NCBI GenBank assembly: GCA_005887895.1 | Contig: VBPC01000164.1 | Location: 3,512 to 67,511 of the forward strand | Reading direction: 5' to 3' | Length of the DNA: 64,000 nt | Source of the DNA: Candidatus Rokuibacteriota bacterium | GTDB lineage: Bacteria; Methylomirabilota; Methylomirabilia; Rokubacteriales; CSP1-6 | Part shown: positions 18,411 to 28,200 of the stretch, in pieces | How the letters are laid out: every line of letters starts with the position of its first letter | How positions within the stretch are numbered: the first letter of the stretch is position 1 | Program-made: the position numbers and the translations under genes | Notes under the pieces: generated by a model | The model's database searches: none | What the model saw: only the letters and a program-made list of their open reading frames with translations | Told to the model about the DNA's origin: nothing

Positions 18411-20165
18411 TCAAATCAATTCGCGGACGCGGTCGCCGAGGACCGTCAGCGCGATCTTCTCGCGGTTCGGCTCGCCGCGGACGAGCGAGGTCGCGAACTT
18501 CCGGGCCTGCTCGAGCGTGATCTTCGCGGGCAGCGGCGGCTCGAACGGATCGACGACCGCCTCGACGATCACCGGGCCCGGCGTGGCCAGCGCCTGCTCG
18601 ACGATCGCGCCGCACTGCCGCGGGTCCTCGATCGTGAACCCCTGCCCGCCGCAGGCGCGCGCGAACGCCGCGAAGTCGATCGGCTGCAGCTCGCAGCCGT
18701 ATTCCGGATTGCCGAGGAACACCATCTGCTCCCACTTGATCTGGCCCAGCGTGTTGTTCTTGACGATGAAGACCTTGACCGGCAGCCGGTACTTCACGCA
18801 CGTCGCGAACTCCGCCATCAGCATCGAGAAGCCGCCGTCGCCGACGAAGGCCACCGTCTGGCGGTTCGGATAGGCGATCTGGGCGGCGATGGCATACGGA
18901 AAGCCGTTCGCCATCGTGGCCAGATTGCCGGACAGCGAGTGCATCTGGCCGCGCCGAGCCGGGATGTGCCGCGCCCACCACGTGGCGATGGTGCCGCTGT
19001 CGCAGGTGATGATCGCGTCGCTCGCCAGCCGCTGGCCGAGCTCGTGGGCGATCACCTGTGGCTTCATCGGCGTGTCGCGGCGGGTGGCCCGCTCCAGCAT
19101 CAGCTCGTTCCACTCGCGCATCCCCTGCTGGGCCTTCTCGAGGAAGGCCCGCTCGCGTTTGTGCTGGAGCAGCGGCAGCAGCGCCTCCAGGGTGCGGCGG
19201 CTGTCGCCGACCAGCCCGACCTCGACCGGGTAGCGCAGGCCGATCCGCATGGGATCGAGCTCGATCTGCACGCCGCGAGCCTGGCCGGGCCTGGGATAGA
19301 ACTCGATGTACGGGAACGACGTGCCCACCATCAGCAGCGTGTCGCACTCCTCCAGCGCCTCCTGCGACGGGCGCGTGCCGAGCAACCCGATCGCCCCCGT
19401 GGTGTACGGGCTGTCGTCGGGCACGCTGGCCTTGCCGAGCAGCGGCTTGACGATCGGCGCCGCCAGCAGCTCGGCCGCCCGCTCCAGCGCGTCGGTGGCG
19501 CCGAGCGCGCCGCCGCCGGCCAGGATCGCCACCTTGCGGCCGGCGTTGAGCACCTCGGCGGCACGGCCCAGGTCGTCCTCCGAGGGCAGCCGCGCGCCGC
19601 GGGCGCGGACGTCGGAGGTGTGGCCGGCGATGTTGCGCTTGGAGCGCTCCTTGCGCGTGGCCTCCATCTCCTGCACGTCGGTCGGGATCGTGACGTGAGC
19701 GACGCCGTGGTAGGCCAGCGCCGTGCGGCACGCCAGGTCGGCGACGTTCTCGACGTGCGTCGGCCCCATGACCCGCGCGTTGTACTTGGCCACGTCCATG
19801 AAGACGCGGTCGAGCTGTACGTCCTGCTGCGTGAAGGTGTCGATGAGGTCGTGATATGCCAGGCCCGTGATGGCCAGCACCGGCTGGTTGTCGAGCTTGG
19901 CGTCGTAGAGCCCGTTCAGGAGGTGGATACCGCCGGGACCGGAGGTGGCCAGACAGACGCCGAGGCGGCCGGTGAACTTCGCGTAGCCGCACGCCATGAG
20001 GGCGGCGGCCTCCTCGTGGCGCACCTGGACGAAGCGCACGGTGTCCTGACGCTTGCGCAGCGCCTCCATGATGCCGTTGATGCCGTCGCCGGGCAGGCCG
20101 AACACCACGTCGACGCCCCAGTCGTGAATCGTGTCGATGAGGATGTCGGCGGCAGTCTCGGCCAT
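18411..20165 (-). CDS. poxB: thiamine-pyrophosphate enzyme, pyruvate oxidase / pyruvate dehydrogenase (quinone)-like
   Basis: MAETAADILIDTIHDWGVDVVFGLPGDGINGIM... and the TPP motif GDGGFSMLMAEF...NN. GGAGGA SD before ATG 20165. Confidence 0.85.
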   Translation of the reverse strand: MAETAADILIDTIHDWGVDVVFGLPGDGINGIMEALRKRQDTVRFVQVRHEEAAALMACGYAKFTGRLGVCLATSGPGGIHLLNGLYDAKLDNQPVLAITGLAYHDLIDTFTQQDVQLDRVFMDVAKYNARVMGPTHVENVADLACRTALAYHGVAHVTIPTDVQEMEATRKERSKRNIAGHTSDVRARGARLPSEDDLGRAAEVLNAGRKVAILAGGGALGATDALERAAELLAAPIVKPLLGKASVPDDSPYTTGAIGLLGTRPSQEALEECDTLLMVGTSFPYIEFYPRPGQARGVQIELDPMRIGLRYPVEVGLVGDSRRTLEALLPLLQHKRERAFLEKAQQGMREWNELMLERATRRDTPMKPQVIAHELGQRLASDAIITCDSGTIATWWARHIPARRGQMHSLSGNLATMANGFPYAIAAQIAYPNRQTVAFVGDGGFSMLMAEFATCVKYRLPVKVFIVKNNTLGQIKWEQMVFLGNPEYGCELQPIDFAAFARACGGQGFTIEDPRQCGAIVEQALATPGPVIVEAVVDPFEPPLPAKITLEQARKFATSLVRGEPNREKIALTVLGDRVRELI

Positions 20166-20278
20166 GGGGTTTCCTCCTGCGGCAAAACGCTGCAGACGAT
20201 GTGCCAGCGGGCCCGACGTGCCGTCCTGCAAATGCTGCACAACGGCCGGGCGCCGTGGCATACCATAGGCCCCGCGAC

Positions 20279-21610
20279 ATGCGGATCCGCTTCTGGGGTA
20301 CGCGCGGCTCGATCGCCAAGCCGGGGCCCGGCACCGTCCGGTACGGTGGCAACACGTCGTGCGTCGAGGTGCGGGCGGACGACACGCTCATCGTGCTCGA
20401 CTGCGGCACCGGCGCGCACGAGCTGGGCCAGCAGATCATCGCGGCCACCCAGGAGCCGGTGCGCGGCCACCTGCTGATCTCCCACACGCACTGGGACCAC
20501 ATCCAGGGGTTTCCGTTCTTCCTGCCGCTCTTCCGGGCCGGCTACGAGTGGGACGTGTACGCGCCCCGTCAGCTCGGGCGAACGCTGGAGGAGATCCTCG
20601 CCGGGCAGATGCAGTACACCTACTTCCCGGTGCCGCTCGGCGAGCTGGCCGCCACCATCCGCTATCACGAGCTCACCGAGGGCACGTTCGAGCTGGGGCG
20701 AGTGCGCGTCGTCACGCGCTACCTGAATCATCCGGCGCCCGCCCTCGGCTACCGGCTCGAGGCGGGCGGCGTCTCGCTCGTCTACGCCACCGACCACGAG
20801 CCCCATTCGCGCCATCATGCCGAGCGGCGGCCGGCCGAGAGCAGCGCGCCGGTGCACGCGGAGGACAAGCGACACATCGAGTTCCTGGCCGGTGCCGATC
20901 TGCTCATCCACGACGCCCAGTACACGCTGGAGGAATACCCCGAGCACCTCTCGTGGGGTCATTGCCCGGCCGAGTGGGCGGTCGACTTCGCGGTGGCGGC
21001 CAAGGTCAGGCGGCTGGCGTTGTTCCACCACGACCCGACGCGCGACGATCGCGCGATCGACGCGCTGCTGGCCCGCTGCCGCCAGCGCGCGGCCGCGCGA
21101 CCCGACGCGCCGGAGATCTTCGCCGCCGCGGAGGGACAGTACCTGGTCGTCGTGCGGCCGGGCGCCGAGCCGCGCGCGGCGGCGACCGGCGCGACCGCTG
21201 AGGCCGGCACCGCGCCGTCGCCGATGCGGGCGGCGACGGTGCTCGTCGCCGACGACGACCCCGACGTGATGGCGGTGCTGCTGGAGACGCTCGAGCCGGA
21301 GGGCTTTCGCGTCCTCTCGGCCGGTGACGGCGATGCCGCGCTGGCGCTGGCGCGCGCGGAGCGTCCCGACGTGGTCGTGCTCGACTGGATGATGCCGGGG
21401 CAAGACGGCCTGGCGGTCTGCCGCGCGCTGCGCGCCGACAGCGACCCTCGGATCGCCGAGGTGCCGGTCGTGCTCATCACCGGCCGCACGGATGCCGCCG
21501 ACACCGCGACCGGTTTCGCAGCGGGCGTGACCGACTACCTCACCAAGCCGTTCAAGCCGAGCCACCTGCTCGCCCGCCTGCAGGCCTGGCTCCTGCGAAG
21601 ACATTCTTAA
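20279..21610 (+). CDS. MBL-fold metallo-hydrolase fused to a C-terminal response-regulator receiver domain
   Basis: HTHWDHIQG (HxHxDH) in the N-terminal ~300 aa. C-terminal VLVADDDPDVMAV...VVVLDWMMPGQDG...DYLTKPF is a CheY-like REC domain. Confidence 0.8.
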   Translation: MRIRFWGTRGSIAKPGPGTVRYGGNTSCVEVRADDTLIVLDCGTGAHELGQQIIAATQEPVRGHLLISHTHWDHIQGFPFFLPLFRAGYEWDVYAPRQLGRTLEEILAGQMQYTYFPVPLGELAATIRYHELTEGTFELGRVRVVTRYLNHPAPALGYRLEAGGVSLVYATDHEPHSRHHAERRPAESSAPVHAEDKRHIEFLAGADLLIHDAQYTLEEYPEHLSWGHCPAEWAVDFAVAAKVRRLALFHHDPTRDDRAIDALLARCRQRAAARPDAPEIFAAAEGQYLVVVRPGAEPRAAATGATAEAGTAPSPMRAATVLVADDDPDVMAVLLETLEPEGFRVLSAGDGDAALALARAERPDVVVLDWMMPGQDGLAVCRALRADSDPRIAEVPVVLITGRTDAADTATGFAAGVTDYLTKPFKPSHLLARLQAWLLRRHS

Positions 21611-21612
21611 CG

Positions 21613-21681
21613 TGGGGGGCCCCGATATGGCCCCCCACACCCCCCAAATGCTCGTCGCGCCCCGGCGCAGCCGGGGCGCGC
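21613..21681 (-). repeat. REP-like intergenic element, copy B (inverted relative to copy A)
   Basis: Its reverse complement, gcgcgccccggctgcgccggggcgcgacgagcatttggggggtgtggggggccatatcggggcccccca, aligns to 18337-18405. It lies between convergent gene ends. Confidence 0.8.
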
Positions 21682-21706
21682 CTCGGTCCCTGTCCCCGGC
21701 CTCAGG

Positions 21707-23959
21707 TCATCCTCGCGGCGTGAAGCCGGTCACCGGTACGTACTGGTCCGGCCACGGCAGTGTCACGCCCTGCTCCGAGGCCGCATGGCGCGTCCAGTAC
21801 GGATCCCACAGGTGCGCGCGCGCCAGCACGCAGAGGTCGGCGCGGCCGGCGGCGACGATCGAGTTGACGTCGGCATAGGACACCACCGCGCCGACGGTCA
21901 TCGTCGCGATGTCGGCCTCGTGGCGGATGCGATCGCTGAACGGCGTCTGGAACAGGCGGCCGTACATCGGGATCTGATCCGGCACCGTGTTGCCGGCCGA
22001 GACGTCGATGATGTCGCAGCCGTAGGCCTTCAGCGCGCGCGCGACCTCCACCGCGTCCTCGGGCTCGAGACCGCCTTCCTTCCAGTCCGTCGCCGACAGG
22101 CGCACGCTCATTGGCTTGCCGGCCGGCCAGGCGGCGCGCACGGCGTCGAAGACTTCGAGCGGAAAGCGGAGCCGTCCGGCGAGCGAGCCGCCGTAGGCGT
22201 CCTGCCGTCGGTTCGTCAACGGCGAGACGAACGAGGCCAGCAGGTAGCCGTGGGCGAAGTGTAGCTCGAGCAGGTCGAAGCCCGCCTCGTCGGCCCTGCG
22301 GGCGGCGCGCACGAACTGCTCGCACACCTCGTCCATGTCGGGGCGGGCCATCTCGCGCGGCGTCTGGCTGTGCGGGAAGTACGGCAGCGGCGAGGCCGAG
22401 ATCAGCGGCCAGTTGCCGTCCGGCAGCGGCTCGTCGATGCCCTCCCACAGCCGCCGCGTCGAGCCCTTGCGCCCGGCGTGGGCGAGCTGGATGCCGATCC
22501 TGGCGCCGCTGTGCGCGTGAACGAAGTCGACGATGCGCTTCCAGGCGGCCACGTGCTCCGGCTTGTACATGCCAGTGCAGCCGGGGCTGATGCGGCCTTC
22601 GCGGCTGACGTCGGTCATCTCCGTCATGACCAGGCCGGCCCCGCCGACGGCGCGGCTGCCGAGGTGCACCAGATGCCAGTCGCCCGGCGTGCCGTCGTCC
22701 GCGGAGTACTGGCACATGGGCGAGACGACCACCCGGTTCGCGAGCACCAGCTCGCGCAGCCGGAACGGCGTGAACATCGGGGGCGGCGGCGCCGCCGCCG
22801 GCACGGGTACCCGGCTCTGCTGCGCGGCCTTCTCGGCGACCCAGGCATCCACCGTGGCCACGAGCTTCGGGTCGCGGATCTTGAGACCCTCGTGGGTCAC
22901 GCGCAGGCTCCGCGTGAGCAGGCTGAACGCGAACTGCACCGGCTCCAGTCGTCCCTGGTAGCGCTCGGTCTGCTCGAACCACTCGAGGCTGGTCTGGGCC
23001 GCGCGCTGCAGCGCCTCGACCTGCGGCCGGCGCTCGGCCTCGTACCTGGCCAGCGCGCGGCCGACGTCGTGGTCCTCCCGCAGCGTGCGACTCAGGACGA
23101 TCGCGTCTTCCATCGCGAGCTTGGTGCCGGAGCCGATCGAGAAGTGCGCGGTGTGGGCGGCGTCGCCGATGAGCACGATGTTGTCGTGGTGCCAGCGGCC
23201 GTTCTTCACGGTCGGGAAGCTGCGCCACAGCGAGCGGTTCTTGAGCACCGGGTGACCGTCCAGCTCGCGGGCAAACAGCTTCTCGGCGAACGCAACCGTC
23301 TCGTCCTCGTCGGCGCCGTCCAGCCGGGCCAGCCGCCACATCGCCTCGGTGCCTTCGAGGATGAAGGTCGAGAACCGCTCGTCGTAGCGGTACGCGTGCA
23401 CGCGCCACAGGCCGTGCTCGCCTTCCTTGAAGAGGAACGTGAACGCCCGGAACGGAAACGTGGTGCCCAGCCACACGAAGCGGTTCGGGCGCCAGTCGAT
23501 CTGCGGCTGGAAGTGCTCGGCGTAGCGCGTCCGGAGGAACGAGTTCACGCCGTCGGCGGCCAGCACGAGATCGGCCCCGGCCCAGGCCGAGGGATCGTCG
23601 ACCTCCGTCGAGAACTTCAGGCTGACGCCGAGCTCGGCGGCGCGGGCCTGGAGGATGTCGAGCAGCCTCTGGCGCGCCAGCCCGGCGAAGCCGTGGCCGG
23701 TGGAGGTCAGCACCTGATCCTGATAATGGATCTCGATGTCGTCCCAGTGCGCGAAGGCGCGGGTGATGGCGGTGTAGGTCTCGGGGTCGGCCTCCTGGAA
23801 ATTCTCGAGCGTCGCGTCGGAGAACACGACACCGAAGCCGAACGTGTCGTCAGGGCGGTTGCGCTCGAGGACGGTGATGTCGTGCCGGGGATCGGCTTTC
23901 TTCATGAGGATCGCGAAGTAGAGGCCGGCTGGTCCGCCACCGATCGAGACGATCTTCAC
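21707..23959 (-). CDS. bifunctional aryl-CoA hydroxylase/oxidoreductase (salicylyl-CoA 5-hydroxylase / 2-aminobenzoyl-CoA monooxygenase-reductase type)
   Basis: N-terminal FAD monooxygenase ([15 protein letters not shown]) fused to a C-terminal OYE-like domain ([33 protein letters not shown]). GTG start at 23959. Confidence 0.85.
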   Translation of the reverse strand: MKIVSIGGGPAGLYFAILMKKADPRHDITVLERNRPDDTFGFGVVFSDATLENFQEADPETYTAITRAFAHWDDIEIHYQDQVLTSTGHGFAGLARQRLLDILQARAAELGVSLKFSTEVDDPSAWAGADLVLAADGVNSFLRTRYAEHFQPQIDWRPNRFVWLGTTFPFRAFTFLFKEGEHGLWRVHAYRYDERFSTFILEGTEAMWRLARLDGADEDETVAFAEKLFARELDGHPVLKNRSLWRSFPTVKNGRWHHDNIVLIGDAAHTAHFSIGSGTKLAMEDAIVLSRTLREDHDVGRALARYEAERRPQVEALQRAAQTSLEWFEQTERYQGRLEPVQFAFSLLTRSLRVTHEGLKIRDPKLVATVDAWVAEKAAQQSRVPVPAAAPPPPMFTPFRLRELVLANRVVVSPMCQYSADDGTPGDWHLVHLGSRAVGGAGLVMTEMTDVSREGRISPGCTGMYKPEHVAAWKRIVDFVHAHSGARIGIQLAHAGRKGSTRRLWEGIDEPLPDGNWPLISASPLPYFPHSQTPREMARPDMDEVCEQFVRAARRADEAGFDLLELHFAHGYLLASFVSPLTNRRQDAYGGSLAGRLRFPLEVFDAVRAAWPAGKPMSVRLSATDWKEGGLEPEDAVEVARALKAYGCDIIDVSAGNTVPDQIPMYGRLFQTPFSDRIRHEADIATMTVGAVVSYADVNSIVAAGRADLCVLARAHLWDPYWTRHAASEQGVTLPWPDQYVPVTGFTPRG

Positions 23960-23965
23960 ACGTCG

Positions 23966-23971
23966 ATTGTA
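23966..23971 (-). promoter_or_regulatory. -10-like TACAAT, 6 nt upstream of GTG 23959 (leaderless-type)
   Basis: Minus strand reads TACAAT-cgacgt-GTG with no SD. Confidence 0.45.
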
Positions 23972-23998
23972 CCGGAAGGCGCCGGCGATCGATTCCGA

Positions 23999-24020
23999 CT
24001 ACGTTCACGCTACGTTCACG
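23999..24020 (-). repeat. perfect tandem duplication of an 11-mer (ctacgttcacg x2), upstream of the hydroxylase promoter and overlapping the stop codon of the upstream gene
   Basis: Read directly: 23999-24009 is identical to 24010-24020. Confidence 0.85.
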
Positions 24021-25251
24021 CGCGCTTCCGCCGCCAGCGCGCCCTGAGGCGCGCCAGGAAGAACCGCCACGCCATCTCCAGCCGGTGGCGTCGCAGACTG
24101 GCCTCGCCCAGCGCGACGAGCGCGAACAGACGGCAGAGCCGTGCGTCGACCGCGGCGGCGGCGATGATCGCATCGGCCAGCGCGGGGTTGGCGAAGAGGC
24201 GCCGCTGGATGCGGACGGAATCCGTGAGCTCCTCGCCGATCTCCTCGCGCCAGCGCCGCTCGTACTCCGCCAGTCGGGCTGCCGAGCAGTCGCCGATGGT
24301 CACGGCATCGGCCGCGACCTCGCCGGCGTGGCGACCGGTCACCATGGCGTGGTAGATGCCCTCCCCCGTATAGGCGTTGACGAAGCCGCCGGCGTCGCCG
24401 CACACGAGCACGCGGTCGGCCCAGGTGCGCGGCAGCGGCCCGCCGAGCGGCAGCCGATAGGCCTTGAAGTTGTCCGGATTGGACCGGCCGCGGACGACGC
24501 CACGCGCGGCCGCCTCGGCGAGGAAGCGCGCGTGGTGCGCGTACGGGGGCCCCGCCAGCACGCGCTTGTAGAACGGCACGAGGAAGCCGACGCCGAAGTC
24601 GACGCAGTCGCGCTTGGGAAAGACGTAGCCGTAGCCGGGCCATCCCTTGTAGCCGTAGGCGACGTACATCATGTCGGGCTCCGGCATCGACAGCTCGGCC
24701 AGCGGCGTCTCCTCCATGGTGTCGATGGCCAGCGTCGCGTCGGCGAAGCCCGGGGTGAGACCGGCCGCGCGCGCCACCACGCTGTTGACGCCGTCGGCCC
24801 CGATCACGACGCGGCCGGTGAACGCGCGGCCGTCGACGCAGCGGACGACGAGGCCGCCGGCGACGTGCTCGAGCCCGGTGACGCGCACCGCCTGCTCCAC
24901 GCGCGCGCCCTCGGCGCGCGCGCGCTCGAGCAGCGCGGCGTCGAGCTCGGTGCGCCGCAGCGTGAGGTAGAACGGGCCGTCGCCGGAGGCCACGACCGAG
25001 TGCCCCCCCGGCGACTCCATCAGCACCCGGCGGATCTCGTGGATGGCGACCTTCGCCCGCAGATGCGCGGCGAGGTCGGGGAAGCGGCGATAGACGCCGT
25101 AGCGGATGCCGCCGCCGCATGGCTTGTCGCGCGGAAAGCGCTTCTTGTCGAGCACGAGCGCATCCACCCCGCGGCGCGCCAGCGCGAGCGCGGCCAGCGC
25201 TCCGGCCGGGCCGCCGCCGACCACGATGACTTCCGCCTCGCCCCGTCGCAC
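24016..25251 (-). CDS. geranylgeranyl reductase family FAD-dependent oxidoreductase
   Basis: VIVVGGGPAGALAA, KPCGGG and GDAGGFVNAYTGEGIYHAM. Start placed at GTG 25251. The 1100-aa track ORF is mostly an antisense shadow of lhr. Confidence 0.8.
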   Translation of the reverse strand: MRRGEAEVIVVGGGPAGALAALALARRGVDALVLDKKRFPRDKPCGGGIRYGVYRRFPDLAAHLRAKVAIHEIRRVLMESPGGHSVVASGDGPFYLTLRRTELDAALLERARAEGARVEQAVRVTGLEHVAGGLVVRCVDGRAFTGRVVIGADGVNSVVARAAGLTPGFADATLAIDTMEETPLAELSMPEPDMMYVAYGYKGWPGYGYVFPKRDCVDFGVGFLVPFYKRVLAGPPYAHHARFLAEAAARGVVRGRSNPDNFKAYRLPLGGPLPRTWADRVLVCGDAGGFVNAYTGEGIYHAMVTGRHAGEVAADAVTIGDCSAARLAEYERRWREEIGEELTDSVRIQRRLFANPALADAIIAAAAVDARLCRLFALVALGEASLRRHRLEMAWRFFLARLRARWRRKRA

Positions 25252-25257
25252 GCCGAC

Positions 25258-25263
25258 AGGGTA
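25258..25263 (-). promoter_or_regulatory. -10-like TACCCT, 6 nt upstream of GTG 25251
   Basis: Minus strand reads TACCCT-gtcggc-GTG. Confidence 0.3.
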
Positions 25264-25267
25264 CAGG

Positions 25268-25273
25268 TACAAT
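25268..25273 (+). promoter_or_regulatory. -10-like TACAAT, 8 nt upstream of ATG 25282 (leaderless-type)
   Basis: TACAAT-gaccgggt-ATG with no SD. Confidence 0.45.
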
Positions 25274-25281
25274 GACCGGGT

Positions 25282-28200
25282 ATGCCGCAGTTCCTTCCAT
25301 TCGTCCGTCAGTGGTTCACCCAGACGTTCGCCGAGCCGACCCGCCCACAGCGCGAGGGCTGGGAGGCGATCGCCTCGGGGCGGGACACGCTCATCGTCGC
25401 GCCCACGGGCTCGGGCAAGACGCTGGCGGCCTTCCTGTGGGCGCTGGACCATCTGCATCGGCTGGGGCTGGGCGGACGTCTCGAGGACCGCGTGTACGTC
25501 GTGTACGTCTCGCCGCTGCGCGCGCTCAACAACGACATCGAGAAGAACCTGCGCGAGCCGCTGGCCGGCATCCGGGCGGCCGCGGAGGCGGCCGGGCTGG
25601 AGCCGCCCGAGATCCGGGTGGCCGTCCGCACCGGCGACACGCTCGCCGCCGCCCGTCAGGCCATGACCCGCCGGCCGCCCCACGTGCTCATCACGACCCC
25701 GGAGTCGCTGTACATCCTGCTCACCAGCGCGGGCTTCCGGCCGGCGCTCGCCCAGGCGCGCTTCGTGATCGTCGACGAGGTCCACGCGCTGATGGCCAGC
25801 AAGCGCGGCGCGCACCTGGCGCTGTCGCTCGAGCGGTTGCAGGCGCTGGTCGAGGCGCGCGAGCCCGGGGCCCGCCCGCAGCGCATCGGCTGCTCGGCGA
25901 CGGTGAGCCCGATCGAGGAGGCGCTGGCCTTCGTCACTGGCGCCACCGGGCGCGATCCCATCGTCGTCGACGCCGGCTTCTCGCGCGACCTCGACGTGCA
26001 GGTGGTCTCGCCCGTCGACGACTTCCTGACCGCCACCAGCGACACCGTCTGGGACGCCGCGCTCCAGCAGATCGCCGAGCTGGTCCAGGCCCATCGCACG
26101 ACGCTGGTCTTCGCGCAGAGCCGTCGCGCCGCCGAGCGCCTGGCCCGCGATCTGAACGACCGCATTCCGGACGGTCGCGTCGCCGCCCACCACGGCTCGC
26201 TCTCGCGCCGGGCGCGCCTGGACGCCGAGAATCGCCTCAAGGCGGGCGAGCTGCGGGCGCTGGTCGCGACGTCGTCGCTCGAGCTCGGCATCGACGTGGG
26301 CGCGATCGACCTGGTCGTGCAGGTGCAGTCGCCGCGCAACGTGGCCGCCGCGCTCCAGCGGGTGGGCCGCGCCGGCCACCTGCTCTCGCGGACCTCGAAG
26401 GGCCGCCTGCTCGTCACCAAGGGCGAGGAGCTGCTGGAGGCGGCGGCGGTGGTTCGCACGATCAAGGAGCGGAGGCTCGACCGCATCGCGATGCCGGAGG
26501 CGCCGCTGGACGTGCTCGCCCAGCAGATCGTCGCCGCCGTCGCCGCCGAGTCGATCGAGGTCGACGCGCTCTACGCGCGGTTCGTGAACGCCGCGCCCTA
26601 TCGCGCCCTGGCCCGCGAGACGTTCCTGCAGGTCGTGCGCTCGGTGGCCGAGCCGCTGCCGGCCGAGGTCAAGGGCGTGGCGCCGCGGATCCTGTGGGAC
26701 CGCGTCAACGACCGGCTCCACGCGCGTCGCGGCAGCCGGTTCCTGGCGCTCACCGCCGGCGGCACCATTCCCGACGCCGGCCTCTACGACGTGTACGTGG
26801 CCGACACCGACCTCAAGGTCGGCACGCTCGACGAGGAGTTCGTCACCGAGAGCCTGCCGGGCGACGTGTTCCTGCTCGGCTCGCACGCCTGGAAGATCGC
26901 CAAGGTCCGGGCCGATCGCGTGCTGGTCGAGGACGCGCAGGGGATGTCGCCCACGATCCCGTTCTGGAAGGGCGAGCACCCGTCGCGCTCCTGGGATCTC
27001 GGCGTGGCGGTCGGCCGCCTGCGCCGCGACGCCGCCGAGCGGCTCGACGCGCCGGATTTCCCCGCCTGGGCGATGGCCGAGTGCGGCTGCGACGCCCGCG
27101 CCGCGACGGCGATGCGCGCCTGGCTCGTGAAGGCGGGCGAGGTCCTGCAAGGCATCGCCGACGATCAGGGCATCGTCGTCGAGTCGTTCTCGGACGAGAT
27201 GGGCGGCCGTCACGCGATGATCCACTCGGTTTTCGGAATGCGGATCAACGGCGCCTGGGGCATGGCGCTGCGCGAGCAGGTTCGCCGCCGCTTCGGCTTG
27301 CTGGCCGAGGCCAGCCACGTGGACGACGGGATCTTGTTATCGTTCGCCCCCGGTCAGGTCCCCCCGAACCCCGAGCGGCTCGTGACGCTGGTGGCGCCCG
27401 AGGAGCTCGACACGCTGCTCGGCGATGCGCTGATCGGCTCCCCGCTCTTCGGCACGCGCTTCCGGCACGCGGCGGTGCGCGCGCTGTTCATCCCGCGCAT
27501 GACGCGCGGCCAGCGCACCCCGGCCTACCTGCAGCGCCTCAAGGCCGACGCGCTGCTGGAGGCCGTGCGGGGCCAGCCGGACTTCCCGGTCGTGTCCGAG
27601 ACGCTGCGCGAGTGCTTCAACGACGCCTTCGACGTGCCACGGCTCCGGCGACTGCTCGAGCGGCTGCACGATCACGAGATGTGGACGCGCCACGTCGACA
27701 CGCCGCTGCCGTCACCGTTCGTCTACCCGCTGCTGCTCGCCTGGGACTGGGCGTACCTCGATACCGGCCACGCCGAGGAGCGCCGCTCCGACACCGTCAC
27801 GATGCGCAAGGCGTGGAGCGTCGCGCCGGGGCCGCTGCGGCCGGAGATCATCGCCGGGGTCGAGGCCGAGCTGCAGAAGACGACGCCGGACCGCCGGGCG
27901 CGCGACGCCAACGAGCTGGCCGCCATCCTCGACGACCTCGGCGACCTGACGCGCGAGGAGATCGCCGAGCGCGTCGTGGCGGATGCCGATGGCCTCGTCG
28001 AGGCGCTGGTGGCCGAGCGCCGCATCACGCTCGTCGAGTTCGGGGCCCGTCGCGCCTGGATCCCGGCGCCCGACGCCCCGCTCTACGCCGGCCTGGCCAC
28101 CGACGCCGGCCTCGAACGCATCCTCCTCCGCGCGATGCGAACGCGGGGCCCCGTGACGGCAGCGTCCCTGGCGATACGCTACGGACTCGCCGCAACCGAC

